From Octopus vulgaris (taxonomy: Eukaryota), in contig OX597819.1 in assembly GCA_951406725.2 (NCBI GenBank), positions 98,270,001 to 98,334,000 of the forward strand: a stretch of DNA of 64,000 nt. Direction: 5' to 3'. A program made the position numbers and the translations under genes. Positions 1-13,874 of the stretch are shown piece by piece; the stretch's first letter is position 1, and the number at the start of each line of letters is the position of its first letter. The notes under the pieces are model-generated. The model had not been told where the DNA came from and made no database searches. It saw nothing but the letters and a program-made list of their open reading frames with translations.

Positions 1-510
1 GTCCACCAGAACAATGTTTTTGAAACTTTATTTATCTAACTCTCCTTCCGTTTTTTTAAATTTTTCTCTTTCATGAATGCCATGTTCTTTAGAAGCTTGT
101 TTAGAGACCAAGTTAATAGTCGCTTAAGTTTTCTCCAAGTGAATAGTAGTAAAATTTTGAATAGCAAAATTTAAATATCACAAGGAGTCATCAGGATTTT
201 AGAAATGATTCGGTGGGGCATGGCCAAAAATCGGTTGGGAACCACTGCCCTATTGGAATGTCTTAGTTACAGCCCTGTCTGTTTCCTTACACTCTTTCAC
301 TGCAAGTTATGGCTATAAGTTAATAAGGATAAGTGTTTGAAATAATAGTGCTATTTTGATCTTTTTTTTGGTTCTTCCAATGCCCGTTATTCTTCGGAAT
401 TCTGTATAAATTCGAATGTTCTTTTTAAAATATCGTTTATTCAAAATATTGTTTGTTGGATAGGTCATCATCAAAGTTTTAGTTTACCTTATTATACCTC
501 TTCAAAATTT

Positions 511-591
511 TATCTGAGGAAGGTGGACTTATGCTATGATGTAATCCATGATGACATAAATAAAAGTATACCGAAACAGCTGTAATTTTAA
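511..591 (+). ncRNA. Degenerate hammerhead motif
   Basis: at-CTGAGGA-a-ggtggactt...aagtatacc-GAAA-cagctg-TA-at. Confidence 0.45.
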
Positions 592-862
592 CCCCCCCAT
601 CTGTGTGTGCGCGCACGTGTGTGTATTTATGTATATATGTATGTATCTATATATTGTTGACGTTAGAATTTAGAAACTTCTTGAGAAAGATGATTCTGTT
701 AGAGACGATGGTTCTTGAAGCAGATAAAGGTACAAATAATACCGAGTAAATCTGGGGCTTAAAATCTTTAGAATAAGTCTCTTTTTAAACCAATGTTTAC
801 ACACTGTAAACACCTAGATCCAACATTCCAAAAGTAATTATATACATACATACATACATACA

Positions 863-893
<31 letters not shown>

Positions 894-915
894 GTTCTTA
901 ATACATATCTATCTA

Positions 916-954
<39 letters not shown>

Positions 955-1005
955 TTTTACATGTTTCAGTCATTTGACTGCGGCCATGATAGAATATTAC
1001 ATATA

Positions 1006-1037
<32 letters not shown>

Positions 1038-1170
1038 CAACGGCCTCGAACACACAAGTGCAAACAAGGGAGACAGAGAAAGGCACAATGCCACTTATAT
1101 TTGAACACTATACAAATATTCCTTTAAAAAAACTTTTCTTTTAATTTTTCTAAATTTAATTATTTAATCG

Positions 1171-1214
1171 TTACAGTTGAAAAGGTCTCAAAATGACCGA
1201 AACCGGTACTGAAA
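1171..1214 (+). ncRNA. Hammerhead motif, U3-A8 core variant
   Basis: cag-TTGAAAA-ggtc[tcaaaat]gacc-GAAA-ccgg-TA-ctg. Confidence 0.7.
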
Positions 1215-1259
1215 TGTTCTTTATAAAATTATTTTAGCATTTTCTATTTTGACTTGTTT

Positions 1260-1300
<41 letters not shown>

Positions 1301-1523
1301 TATGAATGAATGAAATGGTGTTGGGAAATTGGGACTATGACGGTGATGGATAACGAACCTCTGAAACGAGATTGAGAAGACGGCGTAAAAATTAATGGGG
1401 CTTTAGTGTGAATATTTAGGGAAAGAATGAAGAGAGAGAGAGACAGAGGTAGAAATAGAGATAGAGAAAGGTAGGAGAGATTGAGTGAGAACGATGGAGT
1501 GAGGGAGATTTATACTGAAAAGC

Positions 1524-1589
<66 letters not shown>

Positions 1590-2471
1590 ATAAGAGCGTT
1601 GAAGGAGAAAGAGAAGAGAATGTGAAAGTGTGCTGAGAGTCGGAAGTTTGACGTGAGGGGTGGATACAGGAAGAATGTGAGGAGAGAGACAGACAGAGAA
1701 AGAATGAGAGATAGACAAACAAAAAGACAGACAGTGATAGAGGGGGAGAGAGGAGGAGAAGTGATGGAAGTAAAAACTGAAATTTTGGTAAAGGAATATG
1801 AAATAGTGAAAGAGGAAGAGTGGTGAGAAATCTAGAGTGACATAGTAAGGGAGTAGGAGTAAAAAAATGAAAGTGAGGAGCAGACTGATTAAAGAGTAAA
1901 TTAAATAAATTGAAAGGTTGAATGAGTAAAAGTGAGAGGAGAAGAAGAGCGATTAGAATGAGACAGAGGAAAAAAGAATCTATGAAAAAAGCTACATTAA
2001 GAAGCTCATGGGAGGAGTTAAGGGAGTTAGTAGGTGTGTCAATGGAGAGGAGGCGTGTCTTATATATATATTTTTTGGACGTTGGATCTCAGTGGCTGTG
2101 TATATCTGTAAATGTTGTTGCTCTGTTTGTTATTGTTTAACCCTAAGTAAACCGTGATCGAGCAAAACGGACGTACGATTAAAGGTATTCCAGCCTTGAC
2201 CATCATGCCTTTTTCCTATGTGGAGGAAACACACGACAACATTATCCAATGATTATCCAATGGATCTTTTAAGTCAGTAGGACATGATTTGAGGAAAATT
2301 TGGCTGCTATTTTTTTTTAGCGAAAGGTTTGTATGTGTATATATGTGTGTGAGTGTGTGTGGATGTTTGCGTAAATATTTCTGTAACCATCAATCAATAA
2401 ATGTGTGGTCTTCAAATTAGCAAATACAAACCTACCTACCTACATACATACATACATACATACCTACCTAC

Positions 2472-2535
<64 letters not shown>

Positions 2536-2624
2536 TTATCTCTCCATCGATTTGTCTGTCTGTCTGTCTTTCCCTTTATACATATATATTTCTCTGTCTG
2601 TCTGTCTCTCTGTCTGTGTCTGTT

Positions 2625-2714
<90 letters not shown>

Positions 2715-2740
2715 ATATATATATATGTAGTCATAAATAC

Positions 2741-2775
<35 letters not shown>

Positions 2776-3088
2776 TGTGCGTGTGTGGCTGCTTTCCAAC
2801 CACATAGATACGGTTTCTGTTCTACTGCGTGGCACCTTTGGCAAGTGTCATATACTAGAGCCTCAGACCGACTTTGTGAATGAATTTGGTAGACAGAAAC
2901 TGAAAAAAGCTTCGTCAGTCGGAATTTAAGTTAACATTCATTTGAGCATTGCTCAGTCTTATCTGTATTGAGTTTATTTTACTCTCACCAAATCAGTGTG
3001 TGTACTCATGTACACAGAAACACACATACACACATATATATTAGCATATATATTTGTGTGTGTTAGTATACATATATGTATTAGTATG

Positions 3089-3141
<53 letters not shown>

Positions 3142-3634
3142 GTGTTTGCCGCCCACCATCACTTGACAACCAATGCTGGTGTTTCCCCGTAACTTAGCGG
3201 TTTGACAAAATACACCAATAAAATAAGTACTAGGCTCACAGAGAATAAGTCCTGTGGTCGATTTCTCCGACTAAAAACCCTTCAAATCGGTGCTCCAGCA
3301 TAGCTGCAGTCAAATAACTGAAACAAGTAAGAGAATAAAAGAAAAATCCATACAAATAAAAATATATAAATATATACATCTAAATATAAATGAATATATA
3401 TACATACTTCGGTTTTTGTCTGGTTTGCAAGGTTCTTTATATGAATTTGTGTGTTGAAACAAATTTTGTTGTGGTCTGGGGCAAGTCATGCTTAATATCT
3501 AACACACTCACCGGTTCAATTTCCATTCATTTATTACTTATAATTTTTCCTTTCCCCAAAAATATTTGTTGCTTTTGCAACCTTGTCAATAGACATAAGA
3601 ATATAAATGAATATATAAACAAATGTATGCATGT

Positions 3635-3670
<36 letters not shown>

Positions 3671-4174
3671 GTGTGTGTGGGGAAAGTAAGAAGAAAAAAG
3701 CGAAAATGCACATTGGATATCAAAAAAATAATGGCTTTTTTCGGAAAAGTAACGATAAATATATACAATGAGATGAACTGGGATAGAATTAAGAGGAATA
3801 AAAGTCATGAATTGTTAAAGGTATTCAAAGTCATACCGGTTTCGTCAATTACTGTTCACTAGCTTTGAATGCACACCGATTATCAAACGGTATTGGGTCT
3901 AATTGTCCCTGAGTAAAAAGATTATGTGTGAGGGAGGTAAGTAGTTCTGGTTGTGGTGCAGTTAGGGTAGGTATGATACTGTAATAAGAATGGTGTATGG
4001 GATGTATGGGAATTAGTGGTATTATTGGTAAGGTTAGTAGTGTTCTGTATTAGGCTATGCGTTCATGTTAAGTTGCGGGTGGAATTTATTGATCCAGAAC
4101 TACTTATCTCCCTTACACATAATCTTTTTAGGGACTAGTAGACCCAGCGCTGTTTGATAATCGGTGCGCATTCA

Positions 4175-4212
4175 AAGCCAGTGAACAGTAATTGACGAAA
4201 CCGGTATGACTT
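4175..4212 (+). ncRNA. Hammerhead-like motif, G3-C8 core variant (inverted twin at 3828-3865, minus strand)
   Basis: aagcca-GTGAACA-gt[aattg]ac-GAAA-ccgg-TA-tgactt. The same core is present in both arms of the inverted repeat. Confidence 0.55.
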
Positions 4213-4245
4213 ATATTCCTCTTAATTCTACCGCAGTTCATCTAA

Positions 4246-4627
4246 TCTATATATATAAAACTGTAGTTGTGTGAGTGTCTGTCCCCTTCGATTTAGATTC
4301 CTAACTACTCCCACATTTTGCGGTGCAGTTTAACCAAAACCGGGTATCTTATGGTCGTGATTCATATCGAGCCCTTCTGGGTCTACGATGAGTCTACGAT
4401 TTTAAAAATAATTTACCATCATTTTTTTCCATTTTCATGTATATTTTTTTAAAGGGAAGTAACTCTCTAAAAATGTCTACGATGAGTCAACGATTTAAAA
4501 AAAAATTTACCATCATATTTTTTCCATTTTTAATGCATTTTTTTGCTATATTTTTGCTATAACTCTCTAAAAATGCTGTATAGTTATTTCCCTTACAAAC
4601 TCGAGCAACGCCGGGCGATACTGCTAG
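4246..4627 (+). mobile_element. Non-autonomous Helitron
   Basis: 5' TC(tatatatataaaa) and 3' imperfect hairpin (ctcgagcaacgccggg) followed by CTAG. Inserted between A and T with no TSD; the empty site is visible in the opposite arm of the 3679-4716 inverted repeat. Confidence 0.85.
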
Positions 4628-4833
4628 TTGTATATATTTATCGTTAGTTTTCATAAAAACAGTCTATTTTTTTCGTATCCAATGTGCATTTTCGCTTTTT
4701 TCTTCTTACTTTCCCCGTATCTCTTCCACGTGTAGTTTCTATTTTCTGCTCACTCCCCACAAAAAACCACGACGTGGATTCTGTTGGGACCAGTAAGAAA
4801 CAATTATCAACTTTTTATTACACTTTTTAAAAT

Positions 4834-4881
4834 ATTTTTGATAAGGTTCGATTTTTCAAGAAGAACCGAAACATGTAAAAT
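4834..4881 (+). ncRNA. Hammerhead motif, U3-A8 core variant
   Basis: attt-TTGATAA-ggttc[gatttttcaagaa]gaacc-GAAA-catg-TA-aaat. Confidence 0.7.
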
Positions 4882-4976
4882 TTCTAAGAAAATTAAAATT
4901 TATCTTATATAGTGGCGTTTTCAAACTTTTTTTTATAAATATATACCCACTCGTATACGACCTACACTTATTATAA

Positions 4977-5046
<70 letters not shown>

Positions 5047-5205
5047 TATATATATATAGGCGCAAGAGTGGATGTGCGGCAAGAAGCTTGCTTACCAACC
5101 ATTTAGCTCCGGGTTCAGTCCCACTAGATGGCACTTTGGGCAAGTGTCTTCTACTATAGCCTCGGGCCGACAAAAGCCTTGTGAGTCGATTTGATAGGCG
5201 TAAAC

Positions 5206-5259
<54 letters not shown>

Positions 5260-5402
5260 GCAATAAAGATTCAAGTTAATTTAAATGAATTTACTTGAAT
5301 ATGGTACCTAACTTAGATGCACCAAAAAAAACTATACTGATTTAACAATACAGTAATGTGGGGTGATTATAAGCGAGAATGAAGCAACAAGAATGGATAG
5401 GT

Positions 5403-5493
5403 TTTTAGTACAATCGTTTCATACAAGGACAGGTTTTATTAAAAGTTGCAAAAATTACAGCATATAAACGTGTTCCGTACTCATCAGCTAAAA
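5403..5493 (-). ncRNA. Type I hammerhead ribozyme motif, long stem II
   Basis: Reverse complement: ttttag-CTGATGA-[gtacggaacacgttt...aaacctgtccttgtat]-GAAA-cgattg-TA-ctaaaa. Confidence 0.8.
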
Positions 5494-5631
5494 TACATGT
5501 GAGTTCTCTAGACATCCTAGTGGTTGAGGCTATACTCATGAAGTAATGTAGATAATTAAGTAACATAAACAGATTTCAAAAGTTCGTTAAAGTTCTTTAA
5601 AGATGATGTACAGTCTTATCACAGAATTTAA

Positions 5632-5745
<114 letters not shown>

Positions 5746-6545
5746 TATATACATGCGCGCGCGCGCGCGTGTGTGTGTGTGTCTGTCTGTCTGTGCGTCT
5801 GTATGCATGTGTGTACAGGGGTGGAGGACGGAGTAAATGTGGGGAGGGCACGTGCGTGTGCGTGTCTGGATGAATTTATGAAAGCTTTGGGCGGATTAGT
5901 AACCAAGAAGGATGTGGGTGGAGGATAGATAGTGATAGGGAGGGGCGGAGAAAGTTAAAGTGGGAGATAGAATGAAGGAAGGTACAGATACTGAGAGACA
6001 GAGCTTGTTAAGTGAGAAGGTGATGAGATGAGAAAGAGAAAGTTAGTTGGGAAGAAGAAAGAAGTTGAGAAACAAAGAGAGGGAGAGATAGAGAGGGAAA
6101 GTGGGAGGGAAAGAGGGAGAGAGAGAAACGTGTAATAGAAAATGATAGAAAGGAATTCTTAAAGTAATATTTAGAGAGAAGATGGAGAACAGTGTTATAT
6201 GCAGTGGATCTCTATATTCAATGACTAGTGAGACTTCGAAGTCACTGCTAAAAACTTTACCATATGAGTGTGTGTGTATGTGTGCGTATGTATGTATGTA
6301 ATAAATATGACAAAGAAATCCTGTAACACATGTTTAATAATTCGTTACAATTGTTTCTGTACCAACTCTGCTTGCAACGCCAGTTTACGCAATATTCGAA
6401 GTGAAAATTTACGTAATGTTTGCTTTTCGCTACACCCACACAACGGTTTTACCGTCGTGAAACCATTATTATCTGCATTTGATAAATTTCGCTATTTGTC
6501 TGGAAATATTCCCAGACAAATATTCCCCTGAAAATAACCTACAAA

Positions 6546-7769
6546 TACGCGGGAGTACCCAAAAGAAACTGGAACTTTCCAATATTATTTTATTCACTTA
6601 GGTTTACATCTTTACACCTTTGCCGCCTTCAAAGTATTCTTCATCTGAAGCAATGTATCGGCCAAGACGCGTTTTCCACTGTTCGAAGCAGTGCTAGAAT
6701 TCTTGCGAAGTAACGCGTTTTGACGCCTCCATCGTTTTTTCCTTTACCTCTTCCACATCTTCAAAACGTTTTCCTTTAAGGACTTTTTTCAATCGGAGTA
6801 ACAAAAAAATGTCGCAGACAACAAGATCAGATGAATAGGGAGGGTGGGTAAGCGGGGTCATGTCATTTTTGGTCAAAGGCGCATTGTCGTGCTGAAACCA
6901 CTCGTCTCACTTTGCCACAAATCGGGATGTTTCCGTCTAACCGCGTCTCGCAACTGCTTCAAAACTTTGAAGTAAAATGTCTGTTTGATAATTTGACCTG
7001 GACAAACAAACTGTGTGTGAAGAAATCCTTTCGCATCGATGAAACAAATCAACATCATCTTGACATTGGACTTCACTTGACGCACTTTTTGGTGCATGGT
7101 GACATCGAATGCTTCCATTGACTTGATTGCTGCTTCGTTTCCGGGTCGTAGCTGTAGCACCAGCTTTCTTCACTAGTGATGACTTTCGAAAAAGGTCCTG
7201 ATCAACTTCCAGCTGTTCTTTCAGTCCACGACACACATTCAGTCGTCATTGCTTTCGATCTTCCATGAGCAAGTGAGGCAGAAATTTTACTGCAACTCTT
7301 TTCATTCGCGATTCCTCGCTCAAAATTCGTTGGCAGGAGCAACTATATCAACAAGTTCCTCAAATGTTCGACGGCGGTCCTCCAAGAATGTTTGTGATGT
7401 TTTCGACGGTCACTCTGAACGAGGTTGGTCTTCAAGAGACAAGTGACCATTTCTAAACCAATCGTAAACTTGTGCTTTGCTCATGGCAGCGTCCTCGTAA
7501 GCTGTTTCGGCCGCCGTTTTCCCCGGCAGAAAACAATTCCACGGAAGCACGATGTTTCTTCGATTCAGCCATTGCAAAAATCGACGAACAGGGAAAAAGC
7601 GCTGCAAAACAAAGACGCACCACGTGGCAATACAACTTCACACGATGATGCAGGCAGGAAAACTGGTGCCTAAGGGTTGCATCAAGTGGCTTCTAGCGGC
7701 GGAAACCTGAACTACAACGGACTTGTCCCACAGAGAACGTTTCCGGTTACTTTTCAGTACCCCCTTGTG
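6546..7769 (-). mobile_element. Full-length degenerate mariner transposon (~1.22 kb)
   Basis: Minus-strand fragments HPPYSSDL (YSPDL motif), KKVLKGKRFEDVEEVK, KSNVKMMLICF, MSKAQVYDWF and LEDQPRS. Degenerate TIRs cgcgggagtacccaaaagaaactggaa / ttccggttacttttcagtacccccttg. Confidence 0.9.
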
Positions 7770-7928
7770 TATGTGTATATATATATATATATATATGCCG
7801 AAATTACTAAGATGATCCGGTTCCCGACTGAAGATTAGAGGCTTCGAGTGACCCGTCTGTTTTTTTGTGTCGTCTCCTTGTGTGTTTTTGCGTTCTTGTC
7901 CCACTTTGTAATTTATATTTTATATTTA

Positions 7929-7977
<49 letters not shown>

Positions 7978-8817
7978 TACATACATATATATATATGGAG
8001 GGGGGTGAAATAAAATGGCACAAAAAAACCAGGGCTGTGTAGAATTTATGGAACAATATAATAATATTGTCCTATAAATTCCACAGAGCCCATATATTCT
8101 TTTATTCTGTTACTTGTTTCACTCATTTGACTGTGGCCATGATGGAGTACCGCCTTTAATCGAACGAATCGACCCCAAAGCTTATTCTTTTGCCAAACGG
8201 TTAAGTTACGGAGACGCAAACACACTAACATCGGTTGTCAAGTGATGGTGGAAGGACAAACACAGACACACAAATACATACATACATATGTGGTTGGGAA
8301 GCAAGCTTCTTGCCACAGTCATTCCTGGACCTATATATGTATATATATATATAATGCAATTAGTTTTCCTCATAAAAAAATCGATTGAAATTGCTGATTT
8401 GTATTCAACGCTGTAGCAGTGATGACCTTGAAAATTAGTCATTCACGCTGCGAACATTACTCCTCTGCATTGGATCAGCTGATCCGTCGTTCGCTCAAAA
8501 CCAATGGCATCACAAAAAAATTCCTTTCGACCCTTTAGAATTGGAATTTTTGAAAAGTAAAAATTTTGCATTATGTAGCTTGTTATTCTCTTTAACTGAA
8601 CATTTTTCTGCTTGAAATGCACCGAAAAATAGCGACACAGCAGTCAAAAAATCGTAAAAATAGGGATTTTCATAGAAAAAAAGCACCTTTTTGATGTGAA
8701 TAATTTTTAGTGTTAACATGGACCGATTTGAATTTTTTCTTCTATGGAATGAAGTGCGAGCCTTCTATCATACTCTCAATTTTGATCAATTTGCATGTTA
8801 GTTGAAGGGTACCAAAC

Positions 8818-8854
<37 letters not shown>

Positions 8855-8864
8855 ACTTCAGCTT

Positions 8865-8906
<42 letters not shown>

Positions 8907-8934
8907 TGTACACACACACACACACACCCACACC

Positions 8935-8995
<61 letters not shown>

Positions 8996-9235
8996 CATAT
9001 ATGTATACATACATGCATGCACGCCCGCATACACAGACACACATACATGTGTATATGTGTGTGTGTGCTTATGCATGCATATATGTATATATGTATGTAT
9101 ATATTAGCACGTATAGATGTACAAACGTACGTATATGTATACATGTTTCTATTCATGTATGCATGTATGCATGCATGCATGCATGTATGTATGTATGTAT
9201 GTATGTATGTATGTATGTATGTATGTATGTATGTC

Positions 9236-10997
9236 ACTATTCAGTTTTATTTCAAGATTTCTTACCAATAGAGAAAGAGCCGGTTTCTAGCCTTGATCCA
9301 CGGCTCCTTCATTGTAATTTTAGCATCAATAGGGTAATTTCGTATGTATGAGTTTTATGTATGTCTTCTCGTGCATATCTTTAATATCTAGACATGTTCA
9401 TATATACTTAAAATAATAAATAGATTTTTACAATTCCAGTGATTGATTGGATCAGTAATCTTCAAATCAGCTTACTCTTTTCTGGTTTTGAGAAGCCTAA
9501 TTTCTCAAGATTGGTATTTAGGCAGTGTGTTACATATCCCAGTGCCCCAATAATTACAGGTATAAACCTGAACTTGTAATCTGGATAGAGTAACTGTAGA
9601 TTTCTCAATAGTTCAACATAGGTATTCTCTTTTTCACTGATCGTAAGCTTTATGTTAACATCTGCTGGGCAGCTGATTTCCACAAGCGTACACAGCCTGT
9701 CTTCTCTATTCCAAATCATTATATCAGGTGGTTACATGTGCTTACATTTTATTGAGGTTTTCACTGGGTCATTCCACCAGTACTCATTTTTATTATGAGT
9801 GGCTATGGCTTCTGCCTTACTGTGGGTTCTTATTTTTTGTGTCCTCGGGATTATCCTTCCGACAGATTTCATTATATAGTGTCCTAGCTACATCATGTCT
9901 CATCGGTGGATAATACCGTGATGAAATTTTCGGATAACTGCTTATGATGTGGGTGATATTTTCGGTGTTAAGTCCACAAAGTCTGCATCGGTTGTCACAT
10001 TTTACTGCTTTTCTTGCATCTCTGTCCCTTTTGTGCATCAGGTATTTGGTTGATATTTCCTGTTCCTGGATTACAAACGCATACCCTTTAAAGTGGGAGA
10101 TAGTAGTCCGGTTATTGGTCCATGACAGACTGCTTTGATGATCAATGTTACTATCATCTCGGAGCTTTCTACTAACATATCCATGCATGGTTTTCTGCTC
10201 ATATATGCTCATCTTTTCATCTGATGATACTTTCCGATAGAGTCGTGCGACTTCATGTGGCATGTATTTAAGGTTATCAGAAAAGGAATGCTTCTCAAGG
10301 AGCTGCTTTCCAAGTCTTATGATGTTATCAGCCTCATGTATGCAAACTTGGTCAAGGGATACACTTCGTCACTTGGTGGTCAAAAGATGTTGCCGAAGGG
10401 ATATGATACGACATTCAAAGACATTTTGGATCGATGTTAATCTTCTGCCGCCTTGTTTTTGTTTTAGGTAGAGGCGGTCTACGTCACTGTTTATTTGAAA
10501 ATTATGTGTGCTTGTTAGTATTTTCAGAATTTTCACATCAGTGGCTCGGATCTCATCAAGCATCCAGTGAAGCAGGCCAAATGTTGGTATGAGTACTGGC
10601 ACGGCAAACATATAGTGGGCCACTACTTTATTCGGCTGTAGTATTTTTTAGTGACACGGGTTTTGTTACAAGTGTCATTGTAAGATATATTTTCATCCTC
10701 CCCTAGATACCTGTAACATTCCTCACCGGATATAGAAGAAATAGTCAAATCAATGATGGAGATGTTGCTGGACTGGTTTACAGTTTCTTCCTTTTTACAA
10801 CCATATAAGAACACTTATCCTGACCAAACTCCAATCCTATATCCTTTGAGAATGTTGTAACCAGGCCAAGGCTCTTTTTCATCTCGTGCATATTCTTTGC
10901 ATAAAGTTTCAAGCCATCCACGAATAAACAGTGGTTAATTTTGGCATTTCTGTTTTCTTGTGAACCAGTGAGGTATCCTTCAGACTTCCTTAACATG
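9236..10997 (-). mobile_element. 5'-truncated RLE-type non-LTR retrotransposon (R4/Dong-like)
   Basis: INHCLFVDGLKLYA (RT active-site region), FGQDKC, YRYLG, RLYL...GGR.L, CRLCG...ENITHIIS, RHD and VEISCP...K...Y...IPVIIGALG. Flanked on both sides by (TATG)n. Confidence 0.88.
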
Positions 10998-11736
10998 TAT
11001 GTATGTATGTATGTATGTATGTATGTATGTATGTATGTATGTATGTATGGATGGATGGATGGATGGATGGATGGATGGATGGATTGATGGATGGATTGAT
11101 GGATGGATGGATGGATAGATGGATGGATGGATGGATGTATCTGTGTCTATACGGTTGCATTAAAACAAATCTGAGACAAGCAATTTTATTGACTTACGTA
11201 TAGGCCTGTGGTTACGTGGATATATATATCTTCATGTATGTGCACACGTGCACACGTGCACCTAGTTTCATCTGTATTTATATGTTCGCATCTGTGCATT
11301 TGTGCCAAAGGTGTGCATCTACACCGACATCATAAAGTTGGGTCCAGTGAGAGCGGCCCACACCGGGTGAGTTTATCGTTTTTGCTATCTCTTCCAGTTG
11401 ACAAAAACTGTTTTATATAGGCAGTAATATGTGTAAAATGTGAAACTAATCCGTTAGTAACATTAACGTTCAACATTAAAGTCAGCATATAACTTGACGC
11501 AGTGACGGAGCCCGAAATTTTGCAACAGCCCGGGCATCAGGGAACTATGATGACGAGGCAAAGTTTTAATATAAGTAACATGTGTTGTCATACGCAATGA
11601 AACAAATTTAAAGTTATTTCGCTGTGCAATTGTAATGTTATGGTAAACAAAATGAATAAGACATAAATGCTGCCAGTGTCCTATTACACTAACTGCACGA
11701 CAGTGTGGATTTTTGCCGTGATTTTTGTTTACTATG

Positions 11737-11770
<34 letters not shown>

Positions 11771-11903
11771 TGTATGTATGTATGTATGTATGTATGTATC
11801 ATAATCAGTATCATAATCACATCATCATCGCCCTCATCTTAATTGTCCTCCTCCTACTTCTCATCACCTTCATCATCATCATCTTCAGCATCATCATTAT
11901 CAC

Positions 11904-11961
<58 letters not shown>

Positions 11962-12176
11962 GTCGTACAATGTCTTTTATTTTTTATTCGTCTCACTCAT
12001 TTGACTGCGACCATGCTGGAACAACACCTTCAAGGATTTAAGTCGAACAAATTGACCCTAGGACTTATTCTTTAAGCCTAGTCCTTATTCTCTCAGTCTC
12101 ATTTGCCGAACCACTAAGTTACGGTTGTCAAGTTGTGACGGGGACAAGCACAGAGATAAAGACAAACACACACACA

Positions 12177-12230
<54 letters not shown>

Positions 12231-12234
12231 CGTA

Positions 12235-12278
<44 letters not shown>

Positions 12279-12469
12279 TATTACACGACAGGTTTCTTTC
12301 TGTTACCGTCTACCAAATCCACTCACAAGGCTTTGGACGACCCGAGGCTATAGTAGAAGACACTTGCCCAAGGTGCTACGCAGTGGGACCGAACCCGGAA
12401 CTATTTGGGTTGGGAAGCAAGCTTCTTACCACACAGCCACGCCTGCGCCTACAAATATTTAAGTCTTCG

Positions 12470-13855
12470 GCACATCGTTTGCTCATAGCAGCTCTGCTTA
12501 AAATTAGCCATTCTGTAGTCTGCCATGGGATTCCACCCTCAATTACAGATAGCTTCAGAGTATATTGTAGAAGTTTCAACAATTCAAAGAAGGTATTCCC
12601 GTATGAAAGCAAAATCTCAAGCAATTCAGTTTGTGAATCTAAAATGCTTTATTTCCTTTTGATGAAATGTTTCGCACCGTGACACCCTATCCTCAGGTCA
12701 ATCATCTTCAACTGATATGTATCTGCCATGAATATGAGTAGATCAATGTTGAAGAATTGGTCAATTAGGAGACTGAAATGGGAAAACCTTTTCATAATAC
12801 TAGAGTTTTCTCTCGAAAATCATAATCAGAACTCTCAATAAACCCCATCCCAAACAAGAAGTTTTCACCATGAAATCCACGAAAAGACTTTTATTCCATG
12901 TCGGCCGGTTTCCAACTTGTAAGTCCTCGAAATGTCGTACCAGTTTGTCTTTGCCATTTTAGCTTCTCACAAATAAGTTGGTTGTCTCTAATAAGTTTTG
13001 TGGTCTGTGGCCTACAGCTATGTCACCAACCTTCGTTGTTTCATTTAGCAGCAAGATCCTTAATGCAATTGATATCAATTCGTTTGCTACAATCACAACC
13101 AGTGAAGATTCAGCATATTTATCAAAGGCTCGTTCCGTAGTAGAATTGTTCAAAGAGGACAAGGACTTAAGCGATAAAAGCTATTTACCATCATTTTGTT
13201 CTCCAATAATTTATCACCTTCAATGAAATACAATAGACTGTTCAAACTAAATGAACTCGAACAATACGCAGCATAACATGATGTACGCTGGATCGATCCA
13301 ACATATATCGAACAAGCTTTTTAGCTCTATCGATTGTCTACCTTTTCTTCTTTTCCTGTAACTGCTTGACCACTATTGCACAGTGGACCGAACATAGTCT
13401 TGTTGTAATAAGGCGAAACATTTTCCAGCATCCTCTCTATTTTTTACGCTGTTAGATACCATCAGGTTGAGCCAGTGGGTGTGTCAGTGAACATAGACTC
13501 CAAATAGAACAACGGCGCACAACTTTGAACACCAGTGAGTTTTCCGTTCATGCATTCATAACATCACCATAGTTCGAGACATCCTCATAGTGACATTTAA
13601 CTGGGTATCAAGACCAACAGAGTCTAACACTAAGAATATGAACTTCAGAAATGATGCAACGTCAAACGCTGAAGCTGATTTGATATCTGACAAATTCTTC
13701 ATTTTTCGAAATATCCTTTGTGTCATCGTTTAATACTACAAAGAGTCCGACTTAGACACTTTTTGCGTTATTTCTTCTTTAATAGGTGAAGCTATAATAG
13801 AAAGAAAATTGTTCTGAATAGAGTGAAGTAAATATTTTGCATTTTGGAGCCCCTC
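12470..13855 (-). mobile_element. Highly degenerate hAT (ZMYM1-like) transposase relic
   Basis: Minus strand near 13450-13600 reads ..GKLTGVQ....YVH*HTHWLNLMV (hAT VHC.AH.LNL motif). Near 12600 it reads FELLKLLQYTL, like the start of the hAT dimerisation domain. Confidence 0.55.
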
Positions 13856-13874
13856 AAATACAAGGGTAATAGTA

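Noticed and set aside
9270-9320. GAAACCGG plus hairpin in the LINE 3' UTR (minus strand)
   Set aside because: It lacks a CUGANGA-type core and stem I.
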